A stretch of DNA of 64,000 nt, from assembly GCA_050012755.1 (NCBI GenBank), contig JBEKGO010000005.1, positions 1-64,000 on the forward strand. Direction: 5' to 3'. The notes under the pieces are model-generated. The model made no database searches. It had not been told where the DNA came from and saw only the letters and a program-made list of their open reading frames with translations. Below, in pieces: positions 29,268 through 39,827 of the stretch; positions within the stretch are counted from its first letter, which is position 1; each line of letters starts with the position of its first letter. The translations under genes and the position numbers were made by a program. The DNA comes from Candidatus Bathyarchaeia archaeon. Lineage in GTDB: Archaea; Thermoproteota; Bathyarchaeia; Bathyarchaeales; Bathycorpusculaceae.

Positions 29268-31205
29268 TCAATTTCCTTTAACTGTGTAGGGGAGCAGACC
29301 GCCAGCGAAAAGTATGTCTTTTTGTCTTTGAGAAAGGCTGTATCCAAGCTCGATTTTGACGTCCTTTGTCTTGTCAATCAATATTACAGGCTCATTGTTC
29401 AACAATTTCTTTTTGATGTCTGGGATTTCAATTTCGTCGTCTTGTTCTATTTTGTCATAGTCAGCCAAATTCTTGAAAGAGAGCGGAATTATTCCAAAGT
29501 TCACGAGGTTAGCTGCGTGGATTCTTTCCACCGATTTGGCTATGATTGCTTTCACTCCAAGGTACATTGGACACAGTGCAGCGTGTTCTCTGGAACTTCC
29601 TTGACCGTAAGACTCGCCAGCAACGATAACCGTCGCCAATCCTTGTTTTTTCGCTTCCATGGCTCTGGTGGGGAATTCTTTGTCAATCGGTTCGAAAACA
29701 TATTTTGAATATTCTGGGACATTGGAGCGGTATTTGAGTCTGGCTCCTGCGGGCATTATGTGGTCTGTTGTGATTTTATCGCCGACCTTTATGCCGACAA
29801 TGCCTTTTATTTGCTCAGCCATTTTGTCGTTGACCGGGGGCGTACCGATGTTTGGACCCCTAACAATCTCAACATTTCTGTCAGCCTTTTTTGGGAAAAT
29901 AAACATAGAATCGTCTATGAAGAATTTTGTTGGCATGCTGACTTTCGGGTAGTCTATGCCTGCTTTTCTTGGGTCAGTGAATTTCCCTGTGAGTGCTGCT
30001 ACAGCTGCAACTTCTGGGCTCACAAGATAGACTTGTGCGTCTGCTGTGCCGCTTCTTCCTTCGAAGTTTCTATTGCTTGTCCTGAGTGAGACGCCTGTCG
30101 ATTTGGGGCTCTGGCTGTTGCCAATGCAAAAGCCACATGTTGCTTCTAGTAGTCTAGCGCCAGAGTCTAGTAGGTCGCCTAGGTAACCGTCTTTTGTTGC
30201 CATCTGCAGAACTTGTCTTGAGCCTGGGGCAACTCCGAAGGATACATCGGGGTGCACTTTTTTGCCCTTCATAATTTTGGCTACAGTTGCTATTTCTTTG
30301 TAAGAAGAATTGGTACAGGAACCAAGCATTACTTGATCCACTTTCAAATCCTTCAAGTCACTAACTCGAATTACGTTGCCTGGGCTGTGCGGCGCCGCTG
30401 CAAGAGGCTCCAACGTGCTAAGGTCAAGGTCCACGATTTTGTCATATTCTGCGTCATCGTCAGCTTTTAGTTCGACCCAATCAGCTTCTCTACCTTGTGC
30501 TTTAAGAAACTTTTTTGTCTCCTCATCTGAGGGGAATATTGATGTTGTGACTCCCATTTCGGCACCCATGTTGGTTATTGTGGCTCTTTCTGGAACAGTT
30601 AGGCTTTTTACTCCTGGACCCGCGTACTCCATAACCACATCGACGTTGCCTTTCACCGAGAACATCTCTAGCATCTTTAGAACGACGTCTTTGGCGGTGA
30701 CCCAAGCCTTGAGGCTGCCTTTCAGGTTTATTTTGTAGACTTTTGGACAATTAAGATAGAATTCTCCTCCGCCCATTGCTACTGCAACGTCCAGTCCGCC
30801 GGCTCCGATGGCGATCATTCCGATGCCGCCGCCGGTAGGAGTGTGACTGTCGGAACCTAGAAGAGTTTTTCCCGGTTTACCGAATCGCTCCAGATGAACT
30901 TGATGGCAAATCCCATTTCCCGCTTTGGAGTAAATGATCCCGTACTTGGCAGCTACCGTTTGAAGGTATTTGTGGTCGTCAGCGTTCTCAAAACCTACCT
31001 GAATGGTATTGTGGTCGACGTAGCTCACGGAAAGCTCGGTTTTTACTTGCTTAAGGTCCATTGCTTCAAACTGTAAGTATGCCATTGTTCCTGTGGCGTC
31101 TTGAGTAAGGGTTTGGTCAATTTTTATGCCTATTTCATAGCCTGGTACGTATTCACCCGTTACAAGATGTTCTTCTAGTATTTTTCGAGTAAGGGATTTA
31201 CCCAT
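29268..31205 (-). CDS. acnA: Aconitate hydratase
   Basis: QDATGT, GSDSHT, GSCTN, CGFCIG, TSNRNFEGR, GSSREHAA. Confidence 0.9.
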   Translation of the reverse strand: MGKSLTRKILEEHLVTGEYVPGYEIGIKIDQTLTQDATGTMAYLQFEAMDLKQVKTELSVSYVDHNTIQVGFENADDHKYLQTVAAKYGIIYSKAGNGICHQVHLERFGKPGKTLLGSDSHTPTGGGIGMIAIGAGGLDVAVAMGGGEFYLNCPKVYKINLKGSLKAWVTAKDVVLKMLEMFSVKGNVDVVMEYAGPGVKSLTVPERATITNMGAEMGVTTSIFPSDEETKKFLKAQGREADWVELKADDDAEYDKIVDLDLSTLEPLAAAPHSPGNVIRVSDLKDLKVDQVMLGSCTNSSYKEIATVAKIMKGKKVHPDVSFGVAPGSRQVLQMATKDGYLGDLLDSGARLLEATCGFCIGNSQSPKSTGVSLRTSNRNFEGRSGTADAQVYLVSPEVAAVAALTGKFTDPRKAGIDYPKVSMPTKFFIDDSMFIFPKKADRNVEIVRGPNIGTPPVNDKMAEQIKGIVGIKVGDKITTDHIMPAGARLKYRSNVPEYSKYVFEPIDKEFPTRAMEAKKQGLATVIVAGESYGQGSSREHAALCPMYLGVKAIIAKSVERIHAANLVNFGIIPLSFKNLADYDKIEQDDEIEIPDIKKKLLNNEPVILIDKTKDVKIELGYSLSQRQKDILFAGGLLPYTVKGN

Positions 31206-31430
31206 AAAGACTCATTCCTTTGGAAAGGTTTGTTTTTCTTTTATGCATATAAAGGTTGTCAATTTATAAGACAACTATCAGAATTTAAGTATTTACTTAA
31301 ACAAATTGTAGTAATTTCAATACTTTAAATTCAAGAGATATTGTAACTATTTTAATATGCGTATTTGGTATGAACTTTTTTTCTGTTGAAACGCATTCTT
31401 TGAAATTTTGCTTTGCTTCTGTTTCCACAG

Positions 31431-31711
31431 GTGTACGTGCTTGTACGTGCCTATACTTCCTTGTACTTGCTTGTACTTTGGTGTACTTCTGTGTACGTAA
31501 CCTACAAACGTTACGAGTTTTAGAACAAAAAGGCAACCCAATGTACAGAGGACAAAGTCTTGTGCAGAAACCTTATAATAATCGCCCCGTTTTCGCGCAT
31601 TTCCACACAGAATTACACATATTAACACATTTTAACACAATTAGACACATTTCAGCTCAAATCCACACAAATAAACACGCAACCTGCAAACGAACCAAAC
31701 CCTAAACCAAA
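31431..31711 (+). repeat. Two 10-bp-phased arrays (TGTAC-type x7; ACAC-type x~9), each followed by an AACCTRCAAA motif
   Basis: 31431-31500 and 31591-31680 are in exact 10-bp register; motif at 31498 (degenerate) and 31680-31711. Confidence 0.85.
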
Positions 31712-31842
31712 AAAGCAAAGTGAAACAACCTGAACAAAAACTGGCCCAAACCCCCTCAATATGTCTGCTTTTGTCTTAATCGCTTATAGAAATTAATTAG
31801 TCAAAATTGATTTAATTTATATAAGCAACGTATAGTTTAGAT

Positions 31843-32844
31843 ATGTTATATCCTGCTTGGGGTAGACTTATGAGTGAATCACGTAAAGTCCAACAGACAC
31901 CTACCGGTACATTTTTTGTTTGTGTGCCTAGAGAATGGGCTAAAAAGAGTGCCTTAAAAAAAGGTGATTTAGTACGTTTAGAGGTTACTGCCGACGGCAA
32001 GCTTGTTGTGGATCCTTCCAATAATGTTGAGGCACCACCTAGAATCACTTCTTTAACGGTTGGTCCCTACTTGGGCAGAGAGATTGTTGGTCGTTACCTA
32101 TTAGGTTATGACATAATTGATATTGAAGCGAAGGACAGAATTGACTCTGAAGCTAGGAAAATAGTTAAGTCAACTGCTAGTTCTTTGGCGGGCTTAGAAA
32201 TTGTTGAAGAAACCAGCTCAAAGATTTCTTTACAAACCTTAATGCAGCAGCCTTCAGGATTTATACCTGAAAAAATTCTTCATAGAACTTACGCAATCGT
32301 AGCGGGGATGACTCGTGACGCCGCTAACTCCTTTGTTTATGGGGATGTTGAGTTAGCTAAGAATGTTGTCGAGAGAGATGCCGAGAGCAACAAGCTTTAT
32401 TTCTTGTTGGTCAGAATTCTGAGGACAATAATTCAGAATCCTCGCTTGAGCGAGAAACTTGGGATTACTCCTATAGAATGTTTAGATTATCGTTTGGCAG
32501 CAAGTTTGATTGAGGGTATAGGCGACGCATGTGTGCAGCTGGCGGCAGAAACAATTGCGCTTAACGGCGTGAAGATGCCTAGTGAACTTCAAAAATTGCT
32601 GCTTGATTTGCAGGAAACTTGCTGTAAAGCCAATGAGCAGGCATTAAAATCCTTTGTAACCAAGGATATTTCATTAGCGGAAAATGTACGAAACCTGAGA
32701 ACAAAAATCGATGATACATACTCAAACGTTGAGAAAGTGGCAAAAGACTCTTCTGTAGATTTGATGCCGCAGCTTTTAGCAGCAGTTTCTTTCCTTAGAC
32801 AGATTTACGAACGAAGCGTTGACATGGCAGACTTAGTTGTTTAA
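31843..32844 (+). CDS. AbrB-PhoU phosphate uptake regulator-like protein
   Basis: RKVQQTPTGTFFVCVPREW AbrB N-terminus, YLLGYD, two PhoU-like helical repeats. Confidence 0.85.
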   Translation: MLYPAWGRLMSESRKVQQTPTGTFFVCVPREWAKKSALKKGDLVRLEVTADGKLVVDPSNNVEAPPRITSLTVGPYLGREIVGRYLLGYDIIDIEAKDRIDSEARKIVKSTASSLAGLEIVEETSSKISLQTLMQQPSGFIPEKILHRTYAIVAGMTRDAANSFVYGDVELAKNVVERDAESNKLYFLLVRILRTIIQNPRLSEKLGITPIECLDYRLAASLIEGIGDACVQLAAETIALNGVKMPSELQKLLLDLQETCCKANEQALKSFVTKDISLAENVRNLRTKIDDTYSNVEKVAKDSSVDLMPQLLAAVSFLRQIYERSVDMADLVV

Positions 32845-32898
32845 TGGCTGGTAAAGGGTTAAATTTCATAGTTTACATTCAAATCAGGGATAACTTAC

Positions 32899-33519
32899 AT
32901 GCCAAGTATCACCGATAAAGTCGCTGATGCTCTTTACTCATCTGGCTGCTTAAAGTTTGGAAACTTTAAAATTAAGTCAGGAGCAAATAGCCCGTATTAC
33001 ATTGACCTTGCCCGTTTGCTTTCCAAACCAAAACATCTGTGCACGATTGCTGAATTAGCAGCTGAGCAAATTAAACAAATAATGATTTCTGACTCAGTAG
33101 ACAAATTGGCTTCGATTGAGCTTAAAGGTGCGTTGATGGTCCCCAGCATAGCTTGCCAAGTGAACTTGCCCTGCATCATAGTTAGAAAGGAGGCGAAAGC
33201 CTATGGAGTTACAGGAAGAATAGCTGGCGCCGACGTAGCGAAAGGTGACAGCATCCTGTTCTTTGATGACGTCATAAGTGAAGGCTTATCCAAAATTGAA
33301 GGCATCAAGCTCTTGCAAGATCTAGGAGGTACTGTTAAACATTTACTAGTTGTTGTTAACCGAGAACAAGGCGGCAAAGAGAACCTGGAGAAACTAGGTT
33401 TCAAAGTGCATGCTTTAGCTAAAATCAGTGAACTCGTCAATTCACTATGTCAAAATAACCACATTTCAAAATTGCAAAACCAAGAGGTTTTTGCCTACCT
33501 GAAAAATTTTAAGGCTTAG
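32899..33519 (+). CDS. pyrE: Orotate phosphoribosyltransferase
   Basis: FGNFKIKSGANSPYYID, RKEAKAYG, DDVISEG. Confidence 0.88.
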   Translation: MPSITDKVADALYSSGCLKFGNFKIKSGANSPYYIDLARLLSKPKHLCTIAELAAEQIKQIMISDSVDKLASIELKGALMVPSIACQVNLPCIIVRKEAKAYGVTGRIAGADVAKGDSILFFDDVISEGLSKIEGIKLLQDLGGTVKHLLVVVNREQGGKENLEKLGFKVHALAKISELVNSLCQNNHISKLQNQEVFAYLKNFKA

Positions 33520-33743
33520 AAGAATACCACTTCATAATTTCTTTCGAGACGTTAGTAGAATAACCGCTTTTCATAAGCACCTTTCTAAGGTCTTTTTCCC
33601 CGTGAGACTCCATGTTTCGTCTTCAAATTGCCCTTGCAGGCTTAATATAAAGTTAATTAAAAACTAGGTAATATTTCAAATTATTATATACCTACATTTA
33701 TTTGGATGCCTGACAAAAGAGTCACTTCAAAGGAAGAAACCTC

Positions 33744-34754
33744 ATGATGAACGACCAAAAACAAGTGGTTGAAGCCCTACTGAATTCACAAGCTTACCCT
33801 GAAGAACCAGGTAAAATCGAACTAATACAAACTCATAGTTCCTTTGTCTTTGTGACCAAGAAATTTGTTTATAAAATGAAGAAAGCTGTAAACTTTGGGT
33901 TCCTTGATTTTTCTACACTTGAAAAAAGACGCTTCTTCTGCGAAAAAGAATTAGAACTTAACAGAAGACTTTGCGAGGACGTATATCTTGAAGTCGTACC
34001 CATCAACAAATCAAACAATATTAAAATAGAAGGCGATGGCGAAACGATTGAATATGCCTTGAAAATGAAGCGTCTTCCTCAGCAAAAAATAATGACAATT
34101 CTTCTTAAAGAGGGCAAAGTGAACAATAAAACCATTGATGAGTTAGCCAAGATTATCGTGGAATTCCATTCTAAGGCCCAAACGAGCAGTGACATAAACA
34201 TATATGGCTCTCTAAAAATCGTAAAGACAAATTGGGATGAAAATTTCACTCAAACCCTAAAATATATTGATCGAACAATCTCACAAATGGATTTTGAATT
34301 TCTTCAAAGTCGTGTTAACAATTTCAATGAAAAAAATAGATTGCTTTTTGAAAACAGGATAAAAGACAATAAGATCAGAGACTGCCATGGCGATATGCAT
34401 TCAGGAAATATTTTCATCACAAACCCAATCTGTATCTTTGACGCTATCGAATTTAACGATCGTTTCAGATACTCTGATGTAGCTTCAGATGTTGCCTTTT
34501 TAGCGATGGACCTTGATTTTCAAAAGAGAGCTGACTTATCAGATTACTTCATAAACCGATACATAATCTATTCTAAAGACCAAGAGTTAGTAAAGGTTCT
34601 TTCATTCTATAAGTGCTACAGAGCTTATGTACGTGGAAAGGTAATCAGCTTCAAACTCGATGACCCAAATGTGAAAATCGCTGAAAAGAAAGCCGCAGTC
34701 AAAGAAGCACGATCATACTTTAAACTGGCTGTAAAATATGCGAAAGACCTATGA
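33744..34754 (+). CDS. Aminoglycoside phosphotransferase-like kinase (COG2187-type)
   Basis: QTHSSFVF, KKAVNFGFLDFSTLEKR, CHGDMH, FDAIEFN. Confidence 0.85.
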   Translation: MMNDQKQVVEALLNSQAYPEEPGKIELIQTHSSFVFVTKKFVYKMKKAVNFGFLDFSTLEKRRFFCEKELELNRRLCEDVYLEVVPINKSNNIKIEGDGETIEYALKMKRLPQQKIMTILLKEGKVNNKTIDELAKIIVEFHSKAQTSSDINIYGSLKIVKTNWDENFTQTLKYIDRTISQMDFEFLQSRVNNFNEKNRLLFENRIKDNKIRDCHGDMHSGNIFITNPICIFDAIEFNDRFRYSDVASDVAFLAMDLDFQKRADLSDYFINRYIIYSKDQELVKVLSFYKCYRAYVRGKVISFKLDDPNVKIAEKKAAVKEARSYFKLAVKYAKDL

Positions 34755-34762
34755 AATCTCTA

Positions 34763-35629
34763 TTATGCGAATTGATTAACTACCCAATCAGGAATTTCAA
34801 CGGTGCCCATTAAGATTGGTTTCTGGTGGCAATCGCTTCCGCCAGTCATCAGTAATTTCTTTTTCTTTGCGAACTCCACATAATGAAAAGTTGTTTCTGC
34901 GGTGTTCCTTGAATGCCAACATTCCACGCCGTCAATATAAGGCAACATTTTCTCTTGGATAATTTCCGTTTGCTCAAATAACGATTTAGATAGTGCTGCC
35001 AACGAAGTGCCATGCGGGTCATTTGGGTGAGCCAGAACCAATTTTCCACCTGCACCTCTGATAAGACTGGAAGCTTCTTCCAAATAAAGCGGATACTTGG
35101 GAACATCACATTTTACAAGATACTTGTCAAATGCTTCCTGACGTGTTTTAACGATGTTTTTCTTCACTAAATAATCAGCAATGTGGGGTCTGCCAAGCAC
35201 TCCATCAACTGACTCCTCAATCTGCCTTAAATCATCATGGCCTAGCGCTGAAATGTTTTCTTTTTTGAATTCTGTGTTTAGATTGTTGAAGATTTTTGCA
35301 GCTCTGTCTTCTCGATATTTCGCTATTTTTACCAGTTTGCTTCTTAATGCTTCATTATCGGCGTCAAATTGATATCCTAAAAAATCTAGCGAAACCGCTT
35401 TGCCTTCATTGTATTTTGGGTGCGAAAAAGTCACGTTTAGCTCCACGCCTGTGACGTATCCTACCTGTTCTTTTTTCGATAATGTTCTGGCTTGGGTTTG
35501 GCAGACAATAGAGTCGTGATCTGTAATCGCCAGAAATCCGATGTTTCTGGTTTTTGCTTCTTTAAGAATTTCCTGCACAGTCAACTTTCCGTCTGAAGCT
35601 GAGGAGTGAACGTGCAAGTCAATTATCAT
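34763..35629 (-). CDS. PHP-family phosphoesterase (TrpH/YciV-like)
   Basis: DLHVHSSASDG, ITDHD, GRPHIA, LAHP, GGSDCH. Confidence 0.88.
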   Translation of the reverse strand: MIIDLHVHSSASDGKLTVQEILKEAKTRNIGFLAITDHDSIVCQTQARTLSKKEQVGYVTGVELNVTFSHPKYNEGKAVSLDFLGYQFDADNEALRSKLVKIAKYREDRAAKIFNNLNTEFKKENISALGHDDLRQIEESVDGVLGRPHIADYLVKKNIVKTRQEAFDKYLVKCDVPKYPLYLEEASSLIRGAGGKLVLAHPNDPHGTSLAALSKSLFEQTEIIQEKMLPYIDGVECWHSRNTAETTFHYVEFAKKKKLLMTGGSDCHQKPILMGTVEIPDWVVNQFA

Positions 35630-35646
35630 TCGGAAAACCGTGCTCT

Positions 35647-36396
35647 TTACTTTTTCTCCATTCTTATAACGTACCAGTCTTTAGCATTATCGTGGCAAGT
35701 ATCAACCGTCAAGTGCAGAATTCTAAGCGTTGGAAAGTTTTTCTTTATTTCTTCAATATTAACAGATTCAAACTTCTTCTTGTTCGCAAGGTAGGCATCT
35801 ACTGTTAAAGCATTTGATTCGTATTTCTCTTTAGTTCTCCTCTCAATTCTTGCAACAGAAACTTCCTGCGGACAACTTGTTTGCATGATGACAAATTCCA
35901 TGTTATGTTTCGCTGCCACTTCAGCCGCGCGTCTGCGTAAATCCTGCGTGACAAATGTGGCATCCAAAATTATGCCGCCGTCTTTTTTGTCTGCAAGTTC
36001 ATCTGCTCGACGAAAGACTTCATCGTAAACAGACATGCGCTTGTTCATGTTTCCAGCAACTTTAGGGTCAAAAACGTCCTCATTTTTTAGTACCTCTAAG
36101 CGGATTATGTCGCTTCGAAGAATTGTGTATTCTTTGATTTTTGAGACTTCTTCTGCAGTTTCTGTTTTCCAAGTTCCAGGTAATCCGCATGTAATAAGTA
36201 ATGTTCTGAGTCCCAGATTTACTTTAATGAATTTGGCAAAAGGTTCTCTCAAGCATGCTGCCTCTTTACAGTTAGCTTTGAATGAGGTGTAATTAAACTT
36301 TTTCCAGCCCAAAAATGGTGCTTGCCCCCTTGCTTCACACTTAACCTGACTTTGCCTTAAAGGAAATTCTAAATAGGTAGGAGACACAATGTTCAT
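35647..36396 (-). CDS. P-loop kinase AAA_33 (COG0645-type); probable start TTG near 36252
   Basis: CGLPGTWKT, LRSDIIR, ILDATF. Confidence 0.8.
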   Translation of the reverse strand: MNIVSPTYLEFPLRQSQVKCEARGQAPFLGWKKFNYTSFKANCKEAACLREPFAKFIKVNLGLRTLLITCGLPGTWKTETAEEVSKIKEYTILRSDIIRLEVLKNEDVFDPKVAGNMNKRMSVYDEVFRRADELADKKDGGIILDATFVTQDLRRRAAEVAAKHNMEFVIMQTSCPQEVSVARIERRTKEKYESNALTVDAYLANKKKFESVNIEEIKKNFPTLRILHLTVDTCHDNAKDWYVIRMEKK

Positions 36397-36413
36397 AAAA
36401 AGAAGGAATATTT

Positions 36414-37670
36414 GTGGAAGAATTCCAAGTTAAAGACAAAACTTTGGCACCTCAAGGTCACTTACAAATTGAATGGGCAGCAAAACATATGCCCGTCCTT
36501 AAAATAATAGAAACTCGATTTGAAAAAGAAAAACCGCTTAAAGGCCAAACCTTGGCCGCATGCCTACACGTAACCAAAGAAACAGCAGTTCTCATAAAAG
36601 CATTAATCGCTGGGGGCGCAGACATCGCACTTTGCGGTTCCAATCCGCTTTCAACACAAGACGACGTTGCTGCAGCCTTAGCAGACAGTGGTGTACACGT
36701 CTTCGCTTGGAGAGGGCAAAACACCGAAGAATATTACAAATGCATTGATAACGTCCTCGACTACAAGCCAACCATAACCCTTGATGATGGCGCAGACTTA
36801 GTCGGAACCCTGCACAGCAAGCGCCAAAACCAGATAAAAGACCTTAAGGGCGGAACCGAAGAAACCACAACCGGTGTCATACGCCTGAGAGCCATGGAAC
36901 AAGATGGTAGCCTCAGGTACCCCATCGTAGCTGTCAACGATGCCTACACCAAGTACCTCTTCGATAACCGGTATGGAACAGGTCAAAGCACTATGGATGG
37001 AATTCTTCGGGCAACTTCAGTTTTGATTGCGGGCAAAAACTTTGTGGTCGGCGGGTACGGATGGTGCAGCCGAGGCATCGCAATGCGGGCGCAAGGTATG
37101 GGTGCAAATGTAATTGTCACCGAAGTCCAACCTACTCGAGCATTAGAAGCAGCCATGAATGGTCTACGAGTTATGCCAATGTCTGAAGCTGCAGCTATTG
37201 GCGATATCTTCGTAACGGCAACCGGCGACCTAAATGTTATCCGTAAAGAGCATATGCAGAAGATGAAAGATGGCGCTATAATGTGCAATAGCGGCCACTT
37301 TAACGTAGAAATTAGCATCCCTGACTTAGAATCGATTTCCAAAGGCAAACGAACTATTCGACCAAACATGGAAGAATATGCCCTAAGGGATGGCAGAAAA
37401 CTATACCTGCTCGCCGAGGGTAGACTGGTCAATTTAGCCGCAGCAGAAGGTCACCCATCAGAAGTTATGGACATGTCTTTTGCAAACCAAGCCCTCAGCT
37501 CTGAGTTTATAGCTAAATCTGGCAAGCTTCAAACAAAAGTTTACTGCGTGCCGAAAGAAATCGATGAAAAAGTCGCTGAATTAAAGCTTAATTCGATGGG
37601 TATAAAAATTGACCAGCTTACAGCTGAACAGAAAAAATACCTGTCGACATGGGAAATGGGAACTACATAA
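36414..37670 (+). CDS. ahcY: Adenosylhomocysteinase
   Basis: [44 protein letters not shown]. Confidence 0.96.
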   Translation: MEEFQVKDKTLAPQGHLQIEWAAKHMPVLKIIETRFEKEKPLKGQTLAACLHVTKETAVLIKALIAGGADIALCGSNPLSTQDDVAAALADSGVHVFAWRGQNTEEYYKCIDNVLDYKPTITLDDGADLVGTLHSKRQNQIKDLKGGTEETTTGVIRLRAMEQDGSLRYPIVAVNDAYTKYLFDNRYGTGQSTMDGILRATSVLIAGKNFVVGGYGWCSRGIAMRAQGMGANVIVTEVQPTRALEAAMNGLRVMPMSEAAAIGDIFVTATGDLNVIRKEHMQKMKDGAIMCNSGHFNVEISIPDLESISKGKRTIRPNMEEYALRDGRKLYLLAEGRLVNLAAAEGHPSEVMDMSFANQALSSEFIAKSGKLQTKVYCVPKEIDEKVAELKLNSMGIKIDQLTAEQKKYLSTWEMGTT

Positions 37671-37742
37671 TCAAGAGCCTGCTTAAACATGACAAACTTT
37701 AAATTGCTTGACATAGTACATGGCTATAAAGTGGTGACTTAA

Positions 37743-38090
37743 ATGGTTAGCAAAGATCAAGGTATAGGTGGAGCAATACTAGCAGTCTGCGTAATCGTCA
37801 TTATAGGATTTATCGTCCTCGTAGGCTACCCCCAAATCTTGGGACTGAATAACCCCGATACAGTCAGGCTGTATGCAGTGACGGTTCTTGTTACAGTAGC
37901 ATTCATCGCCATACTAGCGATCGGAGCGTGGATAGGCTGGACAATGGCAACAACACCGCCTCCAAAACCAATCGAAGAAATAACAACTGAGATGGAAGAG
38001 AAAAAGGAAGAACCAAAAACAGAAGAGCCAGCTAAACAAGCCGAAATGCCTGCCACCGATGACAAAACTGCACCAAAGAAAAAGAAATAA
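37743..38090 (+). CDS. Conserved two-TM membrane protein
   Basis: MVSKDQGIG...WIGWTMATTPPPKPIEEI with charged tail. Confidence 0.75.
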   Translation: MVSKDQGIGGAILAVCVIVIIGFIVLVGYPQILGLNNPDTVRLYAVTVLVTVAFIAILAIGAWIGWTMATTPPPKPIEEITTEMEEKKEEPKTEEPAKQAEMPATDDKTAPKKKK

Positions 38091-38159
38091 ATTCGCATAA
38101 ATCTTTCTATCTTTCGCTTCTTTAATTTTTTTATTTGTTAATATCAAAACTCAAATTTT

Positions 38160-38500
38160 TTACCTCATTTTTCTGAGCATGCATTCAAGGATATCCATGC
38201 AAGAGAGACATTCGTTAGGAATTTTCTCCCTTCTGACGTTCACTTGGGTAACCGAAATGATAGTGAGAATCTGCAGGTTTTTCTTTATTTTGTGTCGTTG
38301 TCTGTTAGCGAAAAATTGTTTCTGTAAGTCTTTCTTCTAATGTGTTATTTTGTGCCGCGAAAGCATCTGTTATTTCAGTCAAACAATATGAACAGGCGGT
38401 ATATGGCTCACATGAATGCTGTTTTAAATCTAACGCTTTAAGTAGCGTTTTGAAACTTTTCTTACACGAAGGATTTTGACAATTAGACGACGTTTTTAAC
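38160..38500 (-). pseudogene. Decayed Cys-rich (Zn-binding) protein gene
   Basis: Fragments in shifting frames: CQNPSCKKSF...EPYTACSYCLTEI, HYHFGY, IPNECLSCMDILECML; internal stop and no clear start. Confidence 0.45.
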
Positions 38501-38574
38501 CACTCTCTTTACTGACATTAGAGAATGGGTTTTGCTGGTTTATAGTGTTAATGAATCTGGACTGAAGAGTCTAA

Positions 38575-39771
38575 CTACTCTGCAGTGCAAGCTTGGGTTG
38601 GAGAAGCCAACTTCTTTAAGTCATCAGTGCCTTCAGCGTATCCTGAGGCAATTAACACGTCGCCTTCTTGGATTCTTGAGTCTGCTCTTGGGCGCAAGCA
38701 TTTCTCTCCTCGTTTGATTACTAAGATCCACATGCCGCTTTCTTCATGAACTCGCGCTTCCTTTAAGGTCTTGTTTATGAGCGGAGAATCTCCAGTAACA
38801 CAAGCTTGTGTGACTGTTTCCTCAGCTTCCTTAATGGTTAATTTCAAAATTGGATGCGGTTCGATGCCTCTTAGAACAACTTCAGCCATATCTGCAGCTG
38901 CATCAGCAATTTTTTCCGTTGCTACACCCAGCCGAATTAGTCCTAGGAAACCCGAAGCTTCTTCCTTCTTGAAGTCACTGGTTAAAGCGAGCAATTCAAA
39001 ATCGGTGTGCAACTGATCCATGCGTTCTTCAAGGCGCTCGACTTCTTCAGCTAGTTCCTTACTGTTCAATAGAAGTGAAGAATACGCTAAATCCAACATA
39101 ACTTCAGATGTGTCTTTTAGTTCTACGAATCTTGAAACTATTTCCTCGAATTTAGCTCGTTCTTGAACGTTTAGTTTTGCAAGTTCACCCTCAGCTAAAT
39201 CTTTAAACTCTTCAGTGCCCGATTGCGCGCCACGAGTGATTAATATGTCCCCTTCAAAGACTCTCTCAGTCTTCTTGGGATTAAGTATCCAATCATTATT
39301 TCGTCGGATGGCAATGATATCGACACCCATTCTTGCTGCTAAATCCAGTTCCTCTATTCTTTTCTTCACAATCGCTGAATTTGATTTAACAGTCACTTTC
39401 ATTAAACGCTCTTCTACTTTTTCAAAAATTTCGCCAACTATAGGGTGAATGCCAATGTTGCGGATTACTATGGCTGCTATGTCGGCAGCAGCATCCGAAA
39501 TTTTATCGGTTGAGGAAGCAACTCTGGAGATGCCGACCATTGCTTCAGCATCTTTTGGATCTCTGGAAGCAACCATTATTTCCATGTCTAAAAGATATGC
39601 CAACGTATCTACGCGGCTTTCGAGCGCAATAACGTCTTCGGCGAGGTCTTTATCATTGTATAAAGCCGCGGAATACGCTAAATCAATCATTAGTTCAGAA
39701 AGATTTTTCATTTCAAGTAAGAGTTCCCTAACTGGAATAGGTTTGTACTCTATCTTTTCAAATTTAGGCAT
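38575..39771 (-). CDS. Tandem PhoU/TrkA-C domain protein
   Basis: Two repeats of K..SE.M.DLAYS...E.I.DAAAD plus a TrkA-C domain. Confidence 0.85.
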   Translation of the reverse strand: MPKFEKIEYKPIPVRELLLEMKNLSELMIDLAYSAALYNDKDLAEDVIALESRVDTLAYLLDMEIMVASRDPKDAEAMVGISRVASSTDKISDAAADIAAIVIRNIGIHPIVGEIFEKVEERLMKVTVKSNSAIVKKRIEELDLAARMGVDIIAIRRNNDWILNPKKTERVFEGDILITRGAQSGTEEFKDLAEGELAKLNVQERAKFEEIVSRFVELKDTSEVMLDLAYSSLLLNSKELAEEVERLEERMDQLHTDFELLALTSDFKKEEASGFLGLIRLGVATEKIADAAADMAEVVLRGIEPHPILKLTIKEAEETVTQACVTGDSPLINKTLKEARVHEESGMWILVIKRGEKCLRPRADSRIQEGDVLIASGYAEGTDDLKKLASPTQACTAE

Positions 39772-39827
39772 TCCTTGAGATCGCTCTCCTGAATAATATG
39801 TCGTTCTTGATTATTTGAATTATACTC

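Noticed and set aside
31297-31705. Three short ORFs in the aconitase-PhoU intergenic region
   Set aside because: They are translations of the 10-bp arrays with no protein-like features.
31700-31707. CCCTAAA resembling a plant telomere repeat
   Set aside because: Single unit inside the 32-bp motif, not tandem; coincidence is likely.
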